A stretch of DNA of 64,000 nt from Candidatus Termititenax sp. (GTDB lineage Bacteria; Margulisbacteria; Riflemargulisbacteria; GWF2-35-9; DYQY01), in contig DYQY01000002.1 of the NCBI GenBank assembly GCA_020719045.1, forward strand, positions 70,437 to 134,436, read 5' to 3'. This document shows positions 1 through 12,835 of the stretch, in pieces. Below the pieces are notes generated by a model. The model had not been told where the DNA came from, did not search any database, and saw nothing but the letters and a program-made list of their open reading frames with translations. A program made the position numbers and the translations under genes. Position 1 is the stretch's first letter, and each line of letters begins with the position of its first letter.

Positions 1-83
1 CTGGCACAGCCAATATAATATTATTGAATTTTAAGACTAATGCTAAAAGTAGAAATATATATTTCTTTTTCAAAGGGGCTATT

Positions 84-335
84 ATGGAACAACAATACTA
101 TGTCTATATACTCAAAAGCCTTAAAACTAATCATCTATATAAAGGATTTACAGAAAATCTTGAAAAAAGAGTTATTGAACACAATTTTGATAAATCTATT
201 CACACTGACAAAACTGATGGTCCATTTGAACTAATTTGGCATTGTTGCTTCAATGATAAATATAAAGCACTTGCTTTTGAAAAATATCTCAAAAGTGGTT
301 CTGGTAGAGCGTTTATTAACAAACACTTAATATAA
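84..335 (+). CDS. GIY-YIG nuclease superfamily protein (UPF0213/YhbQ-like). The listed ORF begins at 24; the start is probably the internal Met at 84.
   Basis: The translation MEQQYYVYILKS...LYKGFTENLEKRVIEHN matches the GIY-YIG motif pattern of small YhbQ-like proteins. Confidence 0.6.
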   Translation: MEQQYYVYILKSLKTNHLYKGFTENLEKRVIEHNFDKSIHTDKTDGPFELIWHCCFNDKYKALAFEKYLKSGSGRAFINKHLI

Positions 336-340
336 GTCCT

Positions 341-393
341 GTGTCCGCTGTAGCTTCAGCGAAAGCGGACTTGTGGGGCAGCCACACATATAA
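341..393. other. Two adjacent GC-rich stem-loops (GTCCGC...GCGGAC and TGTGG...CCACA) followed by a CTGATAAA tandem duplication. Terminator-like, but with no U-tract.
   Basis: Inverted repeats read directly from the sequence; local GC is well above the surrounding sequence. Confidence 0.4.
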
Positions 394-445
394 ATAAACT
401 GATAAACTGATAAACAAATATACAAATAAACGCTATAATACCCCT

Positions 446-1072
446 ATGAAAAATTTATCATCAGAAGAGTTTCAGCAAAATGAAACACTTGGCACAATAG
501 ACAAAAGACACAGTACTAGGTTCTTTGCTAATAAAGAGGTAGACGATAAAGATATTATCCTTTTACTTAATGCTGCTAACAAAGCTCCTTCTGCACATAA
601 CCAACAATCATGGAAATTTATTGTAATTAAAGACCAAAAGAAAAAAGACCTTGCTGCCCTTATTGCAAACAGAGCTACAGACTTTCCAAGAACTTCAGCA
701 GTGCTACTTAGAATGGCATCAAGAAGCATTTCTAGTGCACCTGTTGTAATAGCAGTAGCTAACACCGGTGAACTTATTGACCATGGACGTGATTTATTTC
801 AAATAGATGAAGTAGACTCAGACTTATTTTTCCGAACAATGGAAATACAAAGCTCCTCTGCTGCAGTACAAAACTTACTACTTGCTGCTACTTCTATTGA
901 ATTAAGTACTGTTTGGTTAGGTGTTATGTATTTAATTAAAGATGAGGTTCTGGAACTATTAGAAGAACCTAAAGGCGAATTTATGGCTATTGTTCCTGTT
1001 GGTTATCCAGAAAAACCAGGCTCTAGTCCTAAAAAAAGACCAGTTGATTTAATTATTAAACAACTTAACTAA
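446..1072 (+). CDS. Nitroreductase family protein
   Basis: The HSTRFF...APSAHNQQSWKFIVI signature is typical of NAD(P)H nitroreductases; length 208 aa. Confidence 0.75.
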   Translation: MKNLSSEEFQQNETLGTIDKRHSTRFFANKEVDDKDIILLLNAANKAPSAHNQQSWKFIVIKDQKKKDLAALIANRATDFPRTSAVLLRMASRSISSAPVVIAVANTGELIDHGRDLFQIDEVDSDLFFRTMEIQSSSAAVQNLLLAATSIELSTVWLGVMYLIKDEVLELLEEPKGEFMAIVPVGYPEKPGSSPKKRPVDLIIKQLN

Positions 1073-1085
1073 TAAGAATATATTT

Positions 1086-1625
1086 ATGGCACTTAATTCA
1101 ACTATTTATAAAGTAATACTAGAAATCTCGGATATGGACAGGCATTACTATAAACAACACAAACTTACACTAGCAAAGCACCCTTCAGAAACTGATGAAA
1201 GACTGATGGTAAGAATACTTACCTTTGCTATGTTTGCAGATGATGAACTTAATTTTGGTAAAGATATTAATGCAGATGACGAACCAGCTCTGTATATTAA
1301 TGATTTCACTGGTGCTAGTAAGCTTTGGATAGAACTTGGTCAACCTAGCGAAAGAATCATCCGAAAAGCCTGCAATAAATCAAATAAAGTTATTCTAATT
1401 ATATATGGAAAAAGTCCAGAACTATGGTGGAAAAACAATCAAAATGAATTTAAACTTAAAAACAATCTACAAGTAATACTTCTAAAAACAGAAGAAACCA
1501 GTAACCTAGCAACAATAGCAGACAGAACAATGAATCTTACTTGTACAGTTGAAGACGGACAAATAACAGTTATAAATGAAACAAAATCAGTAGCAATCCA
1601 ACCAGTTGAATTAAAAAAAGTCTAA
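1086..1625 (+). CDS. yaeQ: YaeQ family protein
   Basis: The N-terminus MALNSTIYKV...SDMDRHYYKQHKLTLAKHPSETDERLMVR closely matches conserved YaeQ N-terminal motifs. Confidence 0.75.
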   Translation: MALNSTIYKVILEISDMDRHYYKQHKLTLAKHPSETDERLMVRILTFAMFADDELNFGKDINADDEPALYINDFTGASKLWIELGQPSERIIRKACNKSNKVILIIYGKSPELWWKNNQNEFKLKNNLQVILLKTEETSNLATIADRTMNLTCTVEDGQITVINETKSVAIQPVELKKV

Positions 1626-1631
1626 ATAACT

Positions 1632-2033
1632 TTATCCAAAGAATACTTTAAGTTCTCTTTGTGCACTTTCAATAGAGTCAGAAGAATGAACAACATTTCT
1701 ATTGGTAGAAGTAGCATATCTTGCTCGTATTGTTCCAGGAGCAGCTACAAGTGGATTAGTTGCACCACACAACCTTCTTACATCTGCAATTGCATTCTCG
1801 CCAATTATCTCTATCGCATATAACGGACCTGAAGTAATAAACTGCATTAAATCTTCAAAGAACGGTTTTCCATCATGCTCACCATAATGTTCATATGCTT
1901 TTTCAAAGGTTAATGTCATAAGTTTTAATTGTTTTATCTCTAACTCAGTATGACTTTCAAACATATCTAAAATATTCGCAACAACTCTACGTTTCACCGC
2001 ATCAGGTTTAATCAGAACTAATGTTGTTTCCAT
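1632..2033 (-). CDS. ndk: Nucleoside diphosphate kinase
   Basis: Motifs LIKPDAV, EHDGKPFF and NVVHSSDS; length 133 aa. Confidence 0.9.
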   Translation of the reverse strand: METTLVLIKPDAVKRRVVANILDMFESHTELEIKQLKLMTLTFEKAYEHYGEHDGKPFFEDLMQFITSGPLYAIEIIGENAIADVRRLCGATNPLVAAPGTIRARYATSTNRNVVHSSDSIESAQRELKVFFG

Positions 2034-3421
2034 TTATACCCCCTTATTCTCTGCCATATTAAGTCTTGCGTTATCAATCTGTGTTTCAATACTCTTCAAA
2101 GAAGTTCCGCCATAACTATCTCGTGAATCGACACTGCAAAAAACATTCAATTTACTCAAAATATCATCACAAAATAAATCAGAAAACTGTCTAAATTCAT
2201 CATAAGATAATACTACTAAATCTTTATGACTATCCTCACAATATCTAACAATTTTACCAACCACTGAATGAGCTTCTCTAAAAGGCATACCTTTTAATAC
2301 TAAATAGTCAGCAATATCAGTGGCAAGCAAATAACCTTTATTAATCTTATCAGATAGCAATTCACGATTAAACTCCAGTGTGTTTAAGCAACCTATATTT
2401 ACCCTTAAAACCTGTTCTACCGTATCAACGGCTTCAAAAAATAAATGCTTATCCTCTTGCAAATCTCTGTTATATCCCATAGGCAAAGACTTAAGAGTTG
2501 TAATCATTCCTATCAATGAACCAACTACCCTACCAGTTTTTCCTCTAGTTAATTCATAAACATCAGGATTCTTTTTCTGTGGCATAATTGATGAGCCAGT
2601 TGTGTATGCATCACTTAATTTAACAAAACCAAATTCTTCTGATGTCCAAATAATCATATCCTCACTTAATCTAGAAAAATGTAGCATGATTGAATTCAAA
2701 CAATACAGAATATCCAAAACGTAGTCCCTATCTGCCACGCTATCAAGCGAATTGGCCGTAGGTTGCCTCATATTCAATTCTTCAGCGATTTTGAACCTAT
2801 CTATCCCATAAGGACTGCCAGCAAGCGCTCCTGCCCCTAATGGCACTTCTCTTAAAAATTTCTTAAAAAACTTTAATTTCTCTAAATCTCTCAAAAACAT
2901 TTCATGATAGGCAAGAAAATACAAACTAGCCCTAATTGGCTGCGCTTTCTGCAAATGCGTATACCCAGGCATGACAACATCTTTATTCTGCTCTGCTTTG
3001 TTAATCAACGAAACCAATAATTCCTTAAGTAACAGTATTACAGTATCTACTCTATTCAAAATAGTAAGTTTAAAAGCTGTAACAACCTGGTCATTACGAC
3101 TTCTCCCAGTATGAATCTTCTTTCCCGTATCGCCAAGTTTATCTGTAAGATACTTCTCGATATTCATATGGATATCTTCCAACTTATCATCTGGAATAAA
3201 AGTTCCATTATCTCGCTCTTTTTGTAGCTGGTCTAAAACACCCTCTAAATTCTCAGCTTCTTCATGGGTAACAATCGCTTTGTCCCTTAATTGATGCAAA
3301 TGAGCTTTGGTAGCTAATATATCTGCTTTAAATAAATGGATATCATCTTGCAGTGACGAAGTGAATTTCTCTACATCAAGGTTTGTTTCCTCAGAGAATC
3401 TTCCGCCCCAAATCTTTTCGC

Positions 3422-3425
<4 letters not shown>
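2034..3425 (-). CDS. argH: Argininosuccinate lyase
   Basis: N-terminus [12 protein letters not shown]...; fumarate-lyase family; 463 aa; abuts ndk and overlaps argG. Confidence 0.9.
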
Positions 3426-5874
<2,449 letters not shown>

Positions 5875-5879
5875 TTATT

Positions 5880-6110
5880 TATTTCTTCCAAATATTTTTA
5901 TATACCCCACCGTGCCGTGTGCTTACTTGTCTCTGAACCAGAACAATTCAGAGTGGGTCAGACCGAAGTCTGTTCTAAAACTGACTAAAATGAACCGCAA
6001 TCCATTTCAAGTACAGCTCCCGTATTTTTTATGTTGGCTCATCTCTCAATAAACATCACCAACACGGTCGGGCGAAATGCCAATTTATATAGCAATCATA
6101 ACATTTATTA
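5880..6110 (-). promoter_or_regulatory. GC-rich structured leader or candidate ncRNA upstream of the purA-argG-argH-ndk operon. Contains several hairpins, including a cUUCGg tetraloop when read on the minus strand.
   Basis: Local GC is much higher than the genome. Inverted repeats CTCTGAA/TTCAGAG and CAGAC-TTCG-GTCTG (minus-strand reading) were read directly. No known riboswitch motif was recognised. Confidence 0.35.
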
Positions 6111-6155
6111 TACAGAATGTTAATTGTTTTATTACCTTCAAAATCTCTAAACTTA

Positions 6156-7250
6156 TTAATATGTTTTTCTTCTGTATAACCAGAAAAAAATTAGTATACA
6201 AAGGAAGAACAACAATGGGAACCAGGCAGCTAAAAATGGATTAAACAACCCACCTATACCCATAGCCCTTGTATATGCGGACAAGAAGAACAATAGTGCT
6301 ATGCTTATTAAAGAACCAACAATGCTAAAAATAATTCCCCACACATCTTTAGAGGACTTAACAAAAATTAAAACAAAAACAACACCAAGAAGTGCAAATA
6401 CTAAATTAACCGCTGATGAGGAAAACTTAAAATAATACTCGACCATCATAGCTTTTGGATCTAATCCTGCTCTTTTAAGAGATACAATGTTTTCCCTTAT
6501 CTGAAAAGAGCTCATCTCTTTTGGATTTCTTAACTTCATATAATTATTATCCATATCGTAACTAAGCTTAATCTTCATTTCATCAAACCCTGCTTCAAAA
6601 CTCAAGAAACCATCAGCTTCAAAATTATACGTTTTACCATCAATTAATTGCCAATAAGTATCTGTCCATATGGCCTTTTTAGCAGATATTACTTTTGGAG
6701 CGTTACCACCAACATCATAGATAAGGATGTCCTGCATATCGCTTCTATTCTTATTTACCTTCTTCACGTAAACATACTTGTCATCAGTATCCTTAAAGAA
6801 AACGTTCTCTTCTATCATTGGGATACTTTCCTTCAAAATAAGTCTATGAATCATAGTATTTGACCTATAGTTTGTTACTGGAACTACATATTCACTTAAT
6901 AAAAAAGATAAAGAAACGACCATACATGCAAAAACAAAGAAAGGAGCCAATACCCTTTCATAGATGATTCCTGATGTCCAATATATCTGGATTTCATTAT
7001 CATTTATCATTCTAAACATAACTAACATTACAGAAAAAAGTGAAGCAATAGGCAAAAAAAGAACAATAATTGCTGGTATTTTGTATACAAGCAACTTAAT
7101 GAGAACTAGTGGACTAATCCCTCTATTAACAACATATTCCATAAGGGAAAAAATAACATCGGCTATGCCGATTAAAACTAAAGCAAAAACCGCTACCAAA
7201 AAAGGAAGAAATAATTCCCTTAAAAAATAGCGGTCTATGATTTTAAACAT
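6156..7250 (-). CDS. LPS export ABC permease, LptF/LptG (YjgP/YjgQ) family
   Basis: N-terminus MFKIIDRYFLRELFLPF; 364 aa; predicted N- and C-terminal TM helices flanking a periplasmic domain. Confidence 0.8.
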   Translation of the reverse strand: MFKIIDRYFLRELFLPFLVAVFALVLIGIADVIFSLMEYVVNRGISPLVLIKLLVYKIPAIIVLFLPIASLFSVMLVMFRMINDNEIQIYWTSGIIYERVLAPFFVFACMVVSLSFLLSEYVVPVTNYRSNTMIHRLILKESIPMIEENVFFKDTDDKYVYVKKVNKNRSDMQDILIYDVGGNAPKVISAKKAIWTDTYWQLIDGKTYNFEADGFLSFEAGFDEMKIKLSYDMDNNYMKLRNPKEMSSFQIRENIVSLKRAGLDPKAMMVEYYFKFSSSAVNLVFALLGVVFVLIFVKSSKDVWGIIFSIVGSLISIALLFFLSAYTRAMGIGGLFNPFLAAWFPLLFFLCILIFFWLYRRKTY

Positions 7251-7254
7251 TAAT

Positions 7255-7470
7255 CTACCAATTATCCTTCGCCTGTTGAGATTTATTCCTTCTAACAGCC
7301 GCCTTTTTGTTTCTTTTATTTACAATAGAAGGTTTTTCATAAAATTCTCTACTTTTTACTTCGAGCAATATACCTTCTTCTTTAACTTTACGTTTAAATT
7401 TTCTAAGTACCTTTTCAATAGGTTCATCTGGGTTTCTTTTAAATTCTGCCACGACTTCTTCACCTCCCAT
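7255..7470 (-). CDS. rpsU: 30S ribosomal protein S21
   Basis: 71 aa, basic, with the S21 motif FKRKVKEEGILLEVKSREFYEKPS. Confidence 0.85.
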   Translation of the reverse strand: MGGEEVVAEFKRNPDEPIEKVLRKFKRKVKEEGILLEVKSREFYEKPSIVNKRNKKAAVRRNKSQQAKDNW

Positions 7471-7559
7471 CCTAATCTTGTAACTAACAACTACACTCTA
7501 ATTAAACTATATTTTCATCAAAAACTCTACTTATGATTTTATAAATAAACAGTATTTTT

Positions 7560-7907
7560 TTATCCTGGAGGCCACTCAAACTGTCTCTTACCCATAACAT
7601 GAAAATGAACATGATCAACTGTTTGCTGACCATATTTACCACAGTTATTTACTACCCTAAAACCTTCTTCAAGGTCATGCTCTTCAGCAATAATCTGAAT
7701 AGCACTTGTTATTTCAACCATGATTCCTGGATCAATTGTTAATATAGAAGTATAATGTTCCTTTGGAAGTACTAAACAATGAAATGGTGCTACAGGATTA
7801 ATATCCATAACAGCAATAACATTGGTACTCTGGAAAATAATAGTTGAAGACATCTCTTTGTTTACTATCTTACAAAAAATACAATCACTCATATATAAAC
7901 TCCCCAT
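7560..7907 (-). CDS. HIT family (histidine triad) protein
   Basis: CIFCKI...VDHVHFHVMG histidine triad. Confidence 0.85.
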   Translation of the reverse strand: MGSLYMSDCIFCKIVNKEMSSTIIFQSTNVIAVMDINPVAPFHCLVLPKEHYTSILTIDPGIMVEITSAIQIIAEEHDLEEGFRVVNNCGKYGQQTVDHVHFHVMGKRQFEWPPG

Positions 7908-8643
7908 CTTGATAATTATCTAACTCATATGATAAGCAACATTTTAATCGCCCACAACAACCTGACAACTTGGGAATATTAATTGATAATCCTTGTTCCT
8001 TTGCCATCTTTACAGTTACAGTTGAACCTTTATTCCAGTCAACGCAACACAGGGTTTTCCCGCAATCACCAACTCCACCAAATAACTTCGCCTCTCCTCT
8101 GCTGCCAACTTCTCTTAACTCTACTTTAGCCTTTAGATGCTGAGAAAGGTCTAATGTAAATGGCTGGAAATTATTCTTCCTTGGTTTGTTTTGTTTATCT
8201 TTCTTATTATCAATCTCTTCTCTTTTATAATAAAAAATATACCTATGTCCCTCAAATATCTTTTCTACTTTAAAAAACTTAACAGTTAAATTGTGTTGAT
8301 GCTTTTTCTTGATGCACTGAATAAAGGCTTCAGTTTCATCATCCTTCAGTCTACTGTATACTTCATCATCTTCAGGAGTTGCCACTCTAACAATTCTTTT
8401 AACTAGGATTTCACCTTTTTGCTCTGTTTTCATATTTGGCAATTCTTTTCTTAAGGCTATTTCTCCGTATTCAAGACCACGTGTAGTCTCGACAACAACC
8501 TTCTGACCTAGAAGAACAGGAATTTGTATCCTTAGAATAGGATAAACTTTATCAAAAAAACGAAATTTTACTCCAAAATATAGAGACCCTTCACTAGGTT
8601 TCTTATTATCTTTCTCAGGATTACTATTATTTATACTCTCCAT
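7885..8643 (-). CDS. ricT: PSP1/YaaT-RicT family protein
   Basis: The cysteine-rich C-terminus GDCGKTLCCVDW...GCCGRLKCCLSYE is typical of YaaT; it sits downstream of holB and tmk, as in Firmicutes. Confidence 0.75.
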   Translation of the reverse strand: MESINNSNPEKDNKKPSEGSLYFGVKFRFFDKVYPILRIQIPVLLGQKVVVETTRGLEYGEIALRKELPNMKTEQKGEILVKRIVRVATPEDDEVYSRLKDDETEAFIQCIKKKHQHNLTVKFFKVEKIFEGHRYIFYYKREEIDNKKDKQNKPRKNNFQPFTLDLSQHLKAKVELREVGSRGEAKLFGGVGDCGKTLCCVDWNKGSTVTVKMAKEQGLSINIPKLSGCCGRLKCCLSYELDNYQDGEFIYE

Positions 8644-8644
8644 G

Positions 8645-9475
8645 TTATCCCTTCATTTCTATTAGCATTAATACCAAATTATTATCAACACTCACAGGAC
8701 GATTCAAATACAAATGATATTTTCTTACAATCCCAGACAAATGCAAGAATTTATTTATACTAGTACGCTTAAACAGTTCTAGGTAATAAGATTCAAGCTT
8801 AATCAAAAAATCTTTAACCTCTGACCTGTCAAACTTATTCTCTTCAACATACAAAAGCAATTCATGAACAGTATTATTCTCTATAAAATCATTGAATTTG
8901 TCCACAGAAATAAACTTAGAAATCTCTTGAGTTAGCTCTAAATCATTCTTATATCCAAATATTATTACTTGAGACCTAGACCTAATTGTTGATAAAAGAG
9001 AATACTTATTTGCAACATCAAAAACAAAAACAACTTTATCTGGAATATCTTCTAATATTTTCAACAATCCATTTAGCGCAACTGGTGTTAAGTCTTCAGC
9101 GTGATCAATATACACAAGCAAATAACCTTGATATGAACCACTTAAAATTTCCAACCTAAGTTCACGAATATCGTCAGCAGAAATACTCTTCTTTTTAGTC
9201 TCCTTTTCGGAATCTGCTTCACTTTCTTTTGAGATAAGTTTAAAAGAATGAAACTTACCATCGTTAATTGCTTTGCAGTTACTACATTTATTACATGGCC
9301 TCACTTCTCCAGTACAGTTCAATACTGAAGCAAGATATTTTGACATATGTAATTTTGATTCTCTATCCGTTCCAGCAAAAATATAACTCGGAAAAACCTT
9401 ACCATTAATAACAGAGTTATCAATCATTTGCTTCACCCCATCATTTAAAACTGGATTAAGCAAAGTATTTATCAT
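8645..9475 (-). CDS. holB: DNA polymerase III subunit delta'
   Basis: AAA-like N-terminus and the Zn-module CNKCSNCKAI...H; synteny tmk-holB-yaaT. Confidence 0.75.
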   Translation of the reverse strand: MINTLLNPVLNDGVKQMIDNSVINGKVFPSYIFAGTDRESKLHMSKYLASVLNCTGEVRPCNKCSNCKAINDGKFHSFKLISKESEADSEKETKKKSISADDIRELRLEILSGSYQGYLLVYIDHAEDLTPVALNGLLKILEDIPDKVVFVFDVANKYSLLSTIRSRSQVIIFGYKNDLELTQEISKFISVDKFNDFIENNTVHELLLYVEENKFDRSEVKDFLIKLESYYLELFKRTSINKFLHLSGIVRKYHLYLNRPVSVDNNLVLMLIEMKG

Positions 9476-10094
9476 TAATCACCTTTTGTACTTGTTCACT
9501 TACAAAACTCACAGTTGAATTTGTAGTGTTAATTAGTTTAATTCTATCTGGTTCACTCTTTTGGATTTCTAAATAAGTATTTCTAATTAATGCATGAAAT
9601 GCTGAACTTTCATTCTCAAACCTATCTGTAGCTATCTTAGTTGCCCTTTTTATACCAATCTCATAATCTACGTCTAACAAAATTGTCAGCTCAGGAACTA
9701 AACCATAGGCAGAAAAATTATTTAAGTAATCTATAAGATCCCTAGAAAAACCTCTTCCTCCAACCTGATAAGCAACCGTCGAGTCAATAAATCTATCGCA
9801 CAAAACAAAGGTTCCCTTTTTTAGGGCTGGCATCACTATTTCTTTAATGTGCTGTGCTCTGTCTGCTTGAAAAAGCAATAATTCAGTTCTATCTCCTATT
9901 GAAATATCATAAGGACTTAGTATCATTCCTCGTATTTCACCACCTAGTTTTGTGCCACCAGGCTCTCTAGTTACAAGAACTTGTTTACCTTTGCTTTTCA
10001 AGTATTCGGATAATCTGTGTATTTGAGTTGATTTACCGCCACCTTCTGGTCCCTCAAAAGTAATAAAATTTCCACTATAGCTCTTTTTTACCAT
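9456..10094 (-). CDS. tmk: Thymidylate kinase
   Basis: FITFEGPEGGGKST P-loop; 212 aa. Confidence 0.9.
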   Translation of the reverse strand: MVKKSYSGNFITFEGPEGGGKSTQIHRLSEYLKSKGKQVLVTREPGGTKLGGEIRGMILSPYDISIGDRTELLLFQADRAQHIKEIVMPALKKGTFVLCDRFIDSTVAYQVGGRGFSRDLIDYLNNFSAYGLVPELTILLDVDYEIGIKRATKIATDRFENESSAFHALIRNTYLEIQKSEPDRIKLINTTNSTVSFVSEQVQKVINDKYFA

Positions 10095-11574
10095 ATATTT
10101 TCACTCTCCTATTAGGCTCTTTACCTACACTTTGACTCACAAATCCTTGTGCGAAAATCAACTGATGTTGAAATCTGCGCACAAACGAATTAGCTACCGG
10201 CAATTCTATTGGAATTGAAGTTTTTTTGTATTTCTTAATTGCTGAAAAAACAATATCCTCAGCCTCTTCTGTTTCTGATGAACCACCGATTCTAAAAAAG
10301 AATCTTAAAAATTTCGACAACTGAGGAAAGGTAGAAGACTTAACAGTATGAATAGGAATATCATGTGCCTTCCCATACTTTTCTATTGCCGAACTTCTTT
10401 TTAAACTTGACTTAGTAGTCACTATAACATCGGCATCTTCTGGTCGATTAACAATAGCACCCGCAAGACCTAAAGAATCAAGAGCTAATTCAAAATTTGC
10501 TCTATTAATTGAAAAGATAAAAAACTTTACTGCATTACTGTTATCAACTACATCTGTATCTTCTATAGGCAAAATCTCCTCCAACTCAACTGCCAGAGAA
10601 CCATCTTCCTTAATAATTCTAATTTCAGGCGAAACAGGTTTAGACCTCAACATGAAATCTATCTGAGACGCCACATCTTTGTAACAATGAAGATTAGCCC
10701 TATCCTTGATCTCAATAACTATATCAAAAGTTGGCTTTGCTGCCCTTTCAAGGATAGTCTTCTGCGTTCCTCTTCTTTTTGCTTCTTCGTCACCTAGAGT
10801 AGCAGTCTCAATACCACCTATTAAGTCTGATAAAGTTGGATTCTTAATCAAATTATTAAGCGTTTGTCCATGAGCGGTTGCAATCAGCTGAACGCCTCTT
10901 TCTGCAATAGTTCTTGCAGCCTTAGCTTCAGCCTCTGTACCAATCTCATCTATTATTATTACTTCTGGCATATGATTCTCAACTGCTTCAATCATAACCT
11001 GGTGTTGCATATCTACGTTCTTAACTTGCATTCTTCGTGCATCACCAATACCAGGGTGAGGAATATCTCCTTCACCAGCAATCTCATTTGACGTATCAAC
11101 AATAATTACTCTTTTCCCTTTATCAGCAAGCAATCTAGCCGACTCCCTTAACTTCGTTGTCTTTCCACTACCAGGCGGACCAAGCAACAATATTGACTGG
11201 TCAGTCCCTAATAAATCCTGAATAACAGTAGCAGAACCGTAGATTGCCCGACCTACTCTTATAGTTAATCCGATGACAACATCTTGCCTATTTCTAATAG
11301 CAGATATCCTATGGAGTGTTCTATCTAAACCAGCCCTATTATCAGAAGAAAACATGGCCAATTTACCAACCACAGAATTAATATCCTCCATAGTTGCAAC
11401 GTGTTCTAACTTATGCGTTTTCTTTTCTTCTCTAATTTCAATATTTCTTCCAAAATCGATAATTATTTCATCAACCTTAGCTAAATCACACTTCTTTTTG
11501 ATTATATCAACAATAAATTTAGGTAATATCTCAAATAACTTATATAAATCTTGTAAGTTTGTTGTGCTTTCCAT
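10075..11574 (-). CDS. R3H-domain AAA ATPase (SpoIIIAA/Ycf45-like)
   Basis: Walker A LLGPPGSGKTT, Walker B IIIDEIG, and a C-terminal R3H-like segment (IELP...RRFQHQL...EPNRRVKI). Confidence 0.65.
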   Translation of the reverse strand: MESTTNLQDLYKLFEILPKFIVDIIKKKCDLAKVDEIIIDFGRNIEIREEKKTHKLEHVATMEDINSVVGKLAMFSSDNRAGLDRTLHRISAIRNRQDVVIGLTIRVGRAIYGSATVIQDLLGTDQSILLLGPPGSGKTTKLRESARLLADKGKRVIIVDTSNEIAGEGDIPHPGIGDARRMQVKNVDMQHQVMIEAVENHMPEVIIIDEIGTEAEAKAARTIAERGVQLIATAHGQTLNNLIKNPTLSDLIGGIETATLGDEEAKRRGTQKTILERAAKPTFDIVIEIKDRANLHCYKDVASQIDFMLRSKPVSPEIRIIKEDGSLAVELEEILPIEDTDVVDNSNAVKFFIFSINRANFELALDSLGLAGAIVNRPEDADVIVTTKSSLKRSSAIEKYGKAHDIPIHTVKSSTFPQLSKFLRFFFRIGGSSETEEAEDIVFSAIKKYKKTSIPIELPVANSFVRRFQHQLIFAQGFVSQSVGKEPNRRVKIYGKKEL

Positions 11575-11846
11575 TAATTCACAGCTTTCTTTAGTTCGCT
11601 TCCTGCCTTAAATCCAACATAATTACTTGAAGGAACAATAATCTTATCATGGTTAATCGGGCTCCTACCTTCCCTAGCGTCCCTATGCCTTACCTCAAAT
11701 GAACCAAATCCTACAATACCAACAGACTCACCTCTACGAAGAGAATCAATTATTTCATCGAAACATACCTCAACCAATAAAGAGACATCCTTTTTTGAAA
11801 TATCAACCCTTTCAGTAATCCTATCTATCAATACCTTTTTATTCAT
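11574..11846 (-). CDS. hup: HU/IHF family DNA-binding protein
   Basis: 90 aa; the GFGSFEVRHRDAREGRSP beta-arm motif. Confidence 0.85.
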   Translation of the reverse strand: MNKKVLIDRITERVDISKKDVSLLVEVCFDEIIDSLRRGESVGIVGFGSFEVRHRDAREGRSPINHDKIIVPSSNYVGFKAGSELKKAVN

Positions 11847-12444
11847 TTAAATGTTTCCTTCCCTCAAAGGCCTTATGCAACGTTAAATGGTCTGCCCATT
11901 CAAGCTCACCACCAACAGGGATACCATAAGCGAGCTGTGTAATCTTAAGATTAAAAGGTGCTAGTAAACGCTTTAAATATAAAGCAGTTGTTTCACCTTC
12001 AACTGTTGGCTTAATTGCAAAAATTATTTCATCAAAACTATCATCTTCTAACCTATGAAGTAGTTCTCTAATCCTCAAACTATCTGGACCAATACCATCT
12101 AACGGAGATATAACGCCTCCCAAGACATGATACATGCCCTTATATTTACCCATACCTTCAACTGCGAGGAGATCTTTCTGATCACTGACAACACAAAGTT
12201 TCTTATGATCCCTTGTTTTATCGTTACAAAGAGAACAACCATCTTCTACATTCATAAAACTATAGCAACATTCACAGTAGGAAACTTTATCTCCAATTTC
12301 CTCAATCATTTTTGCTATAGATTTAACTTCATCCTTTGGAAGACTTAATAAATAAAAAGATAATCGCTGAGCTGTTCTTTTGCCAATGCCTGGCATCTTA
12401 GAAAATTCATGGATTAAATCACCTAACGGATTAGTATATTCCAA
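11839..12444 (-). CDS. recR: Recombination protein RecR
   Basis: HhH motif MPGIGKRTAQRL, a C4 zinc finger and a Toprim segment; 201 aa. Confidence 0.9.
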   Translation of the reverse strand: MEYTNPLGDLIHEFSKMPGIGKRTAQRLSFYLLSLPKDEVKSIAKMIEEIGDKVSYCECCYSFMNVEDGCSLCNDKTRDHKKLCVVSDQKDLLAVEGMGKYKGMYHVLGGVISPLDGIGPDSLRIRELLHRLEDDSFDEIIFAIKPTVEGETTALYLKRLLAPFNLKITQLAYGIPVGGELEWADHLTLHKAFEGRKHLNE

Positions 12445-12445
12445 T

Positions 12446-12733
12446 CTATCCCAACCCCGGAATATTTAATCCTTGGAATTGACCAGCAGACTTCATAGTG
12501 ACTTCCTGAAATGCCTTGTTAACAGTTTCTTTTATCAAATCAGCAGCTTTTCTTGGGTCCAAACCCTCTGCAATCTTTAAATCCTTTATCTTCATTTCAC
12601 CCGTCATAACAACAGTAACTTCATTGTTTCTAGAACTCACTTCAATACTAATCTTCTTAAGTTCTTTCATCTGCTTACGAAGATCACCTAATTGTTTCAT
12701 CATATCGCCCATGTTACCCATATTTCCAAACAT
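12446..12733 (-). CDS. ybaB: Nucleoid-associated protein YbaB/EbfC
   Basis: 95 aa; MFGNMGNMGDMMKQ...; classic ybaB-recR pairing. Confidence 0.85.
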   Translation of the reverse strand: MFGNMGNMGDMMKQLGDLRKQMKELKKISIEVSSRNNEVTVVMTGEMKIKDLKIAEGLDPRKAADLIKETVNKAFQEVTMKSAGQFQGLNIPGLG

Positions 12734-12835
12734 ACAATACCTCCAAAATTAATTATAAATTAATACTATTATAGCTTTTTCAATGAAAAAATTAAAACAC
12801 AAATATATGTAGAAAATACGATAGGTATAATTAAA

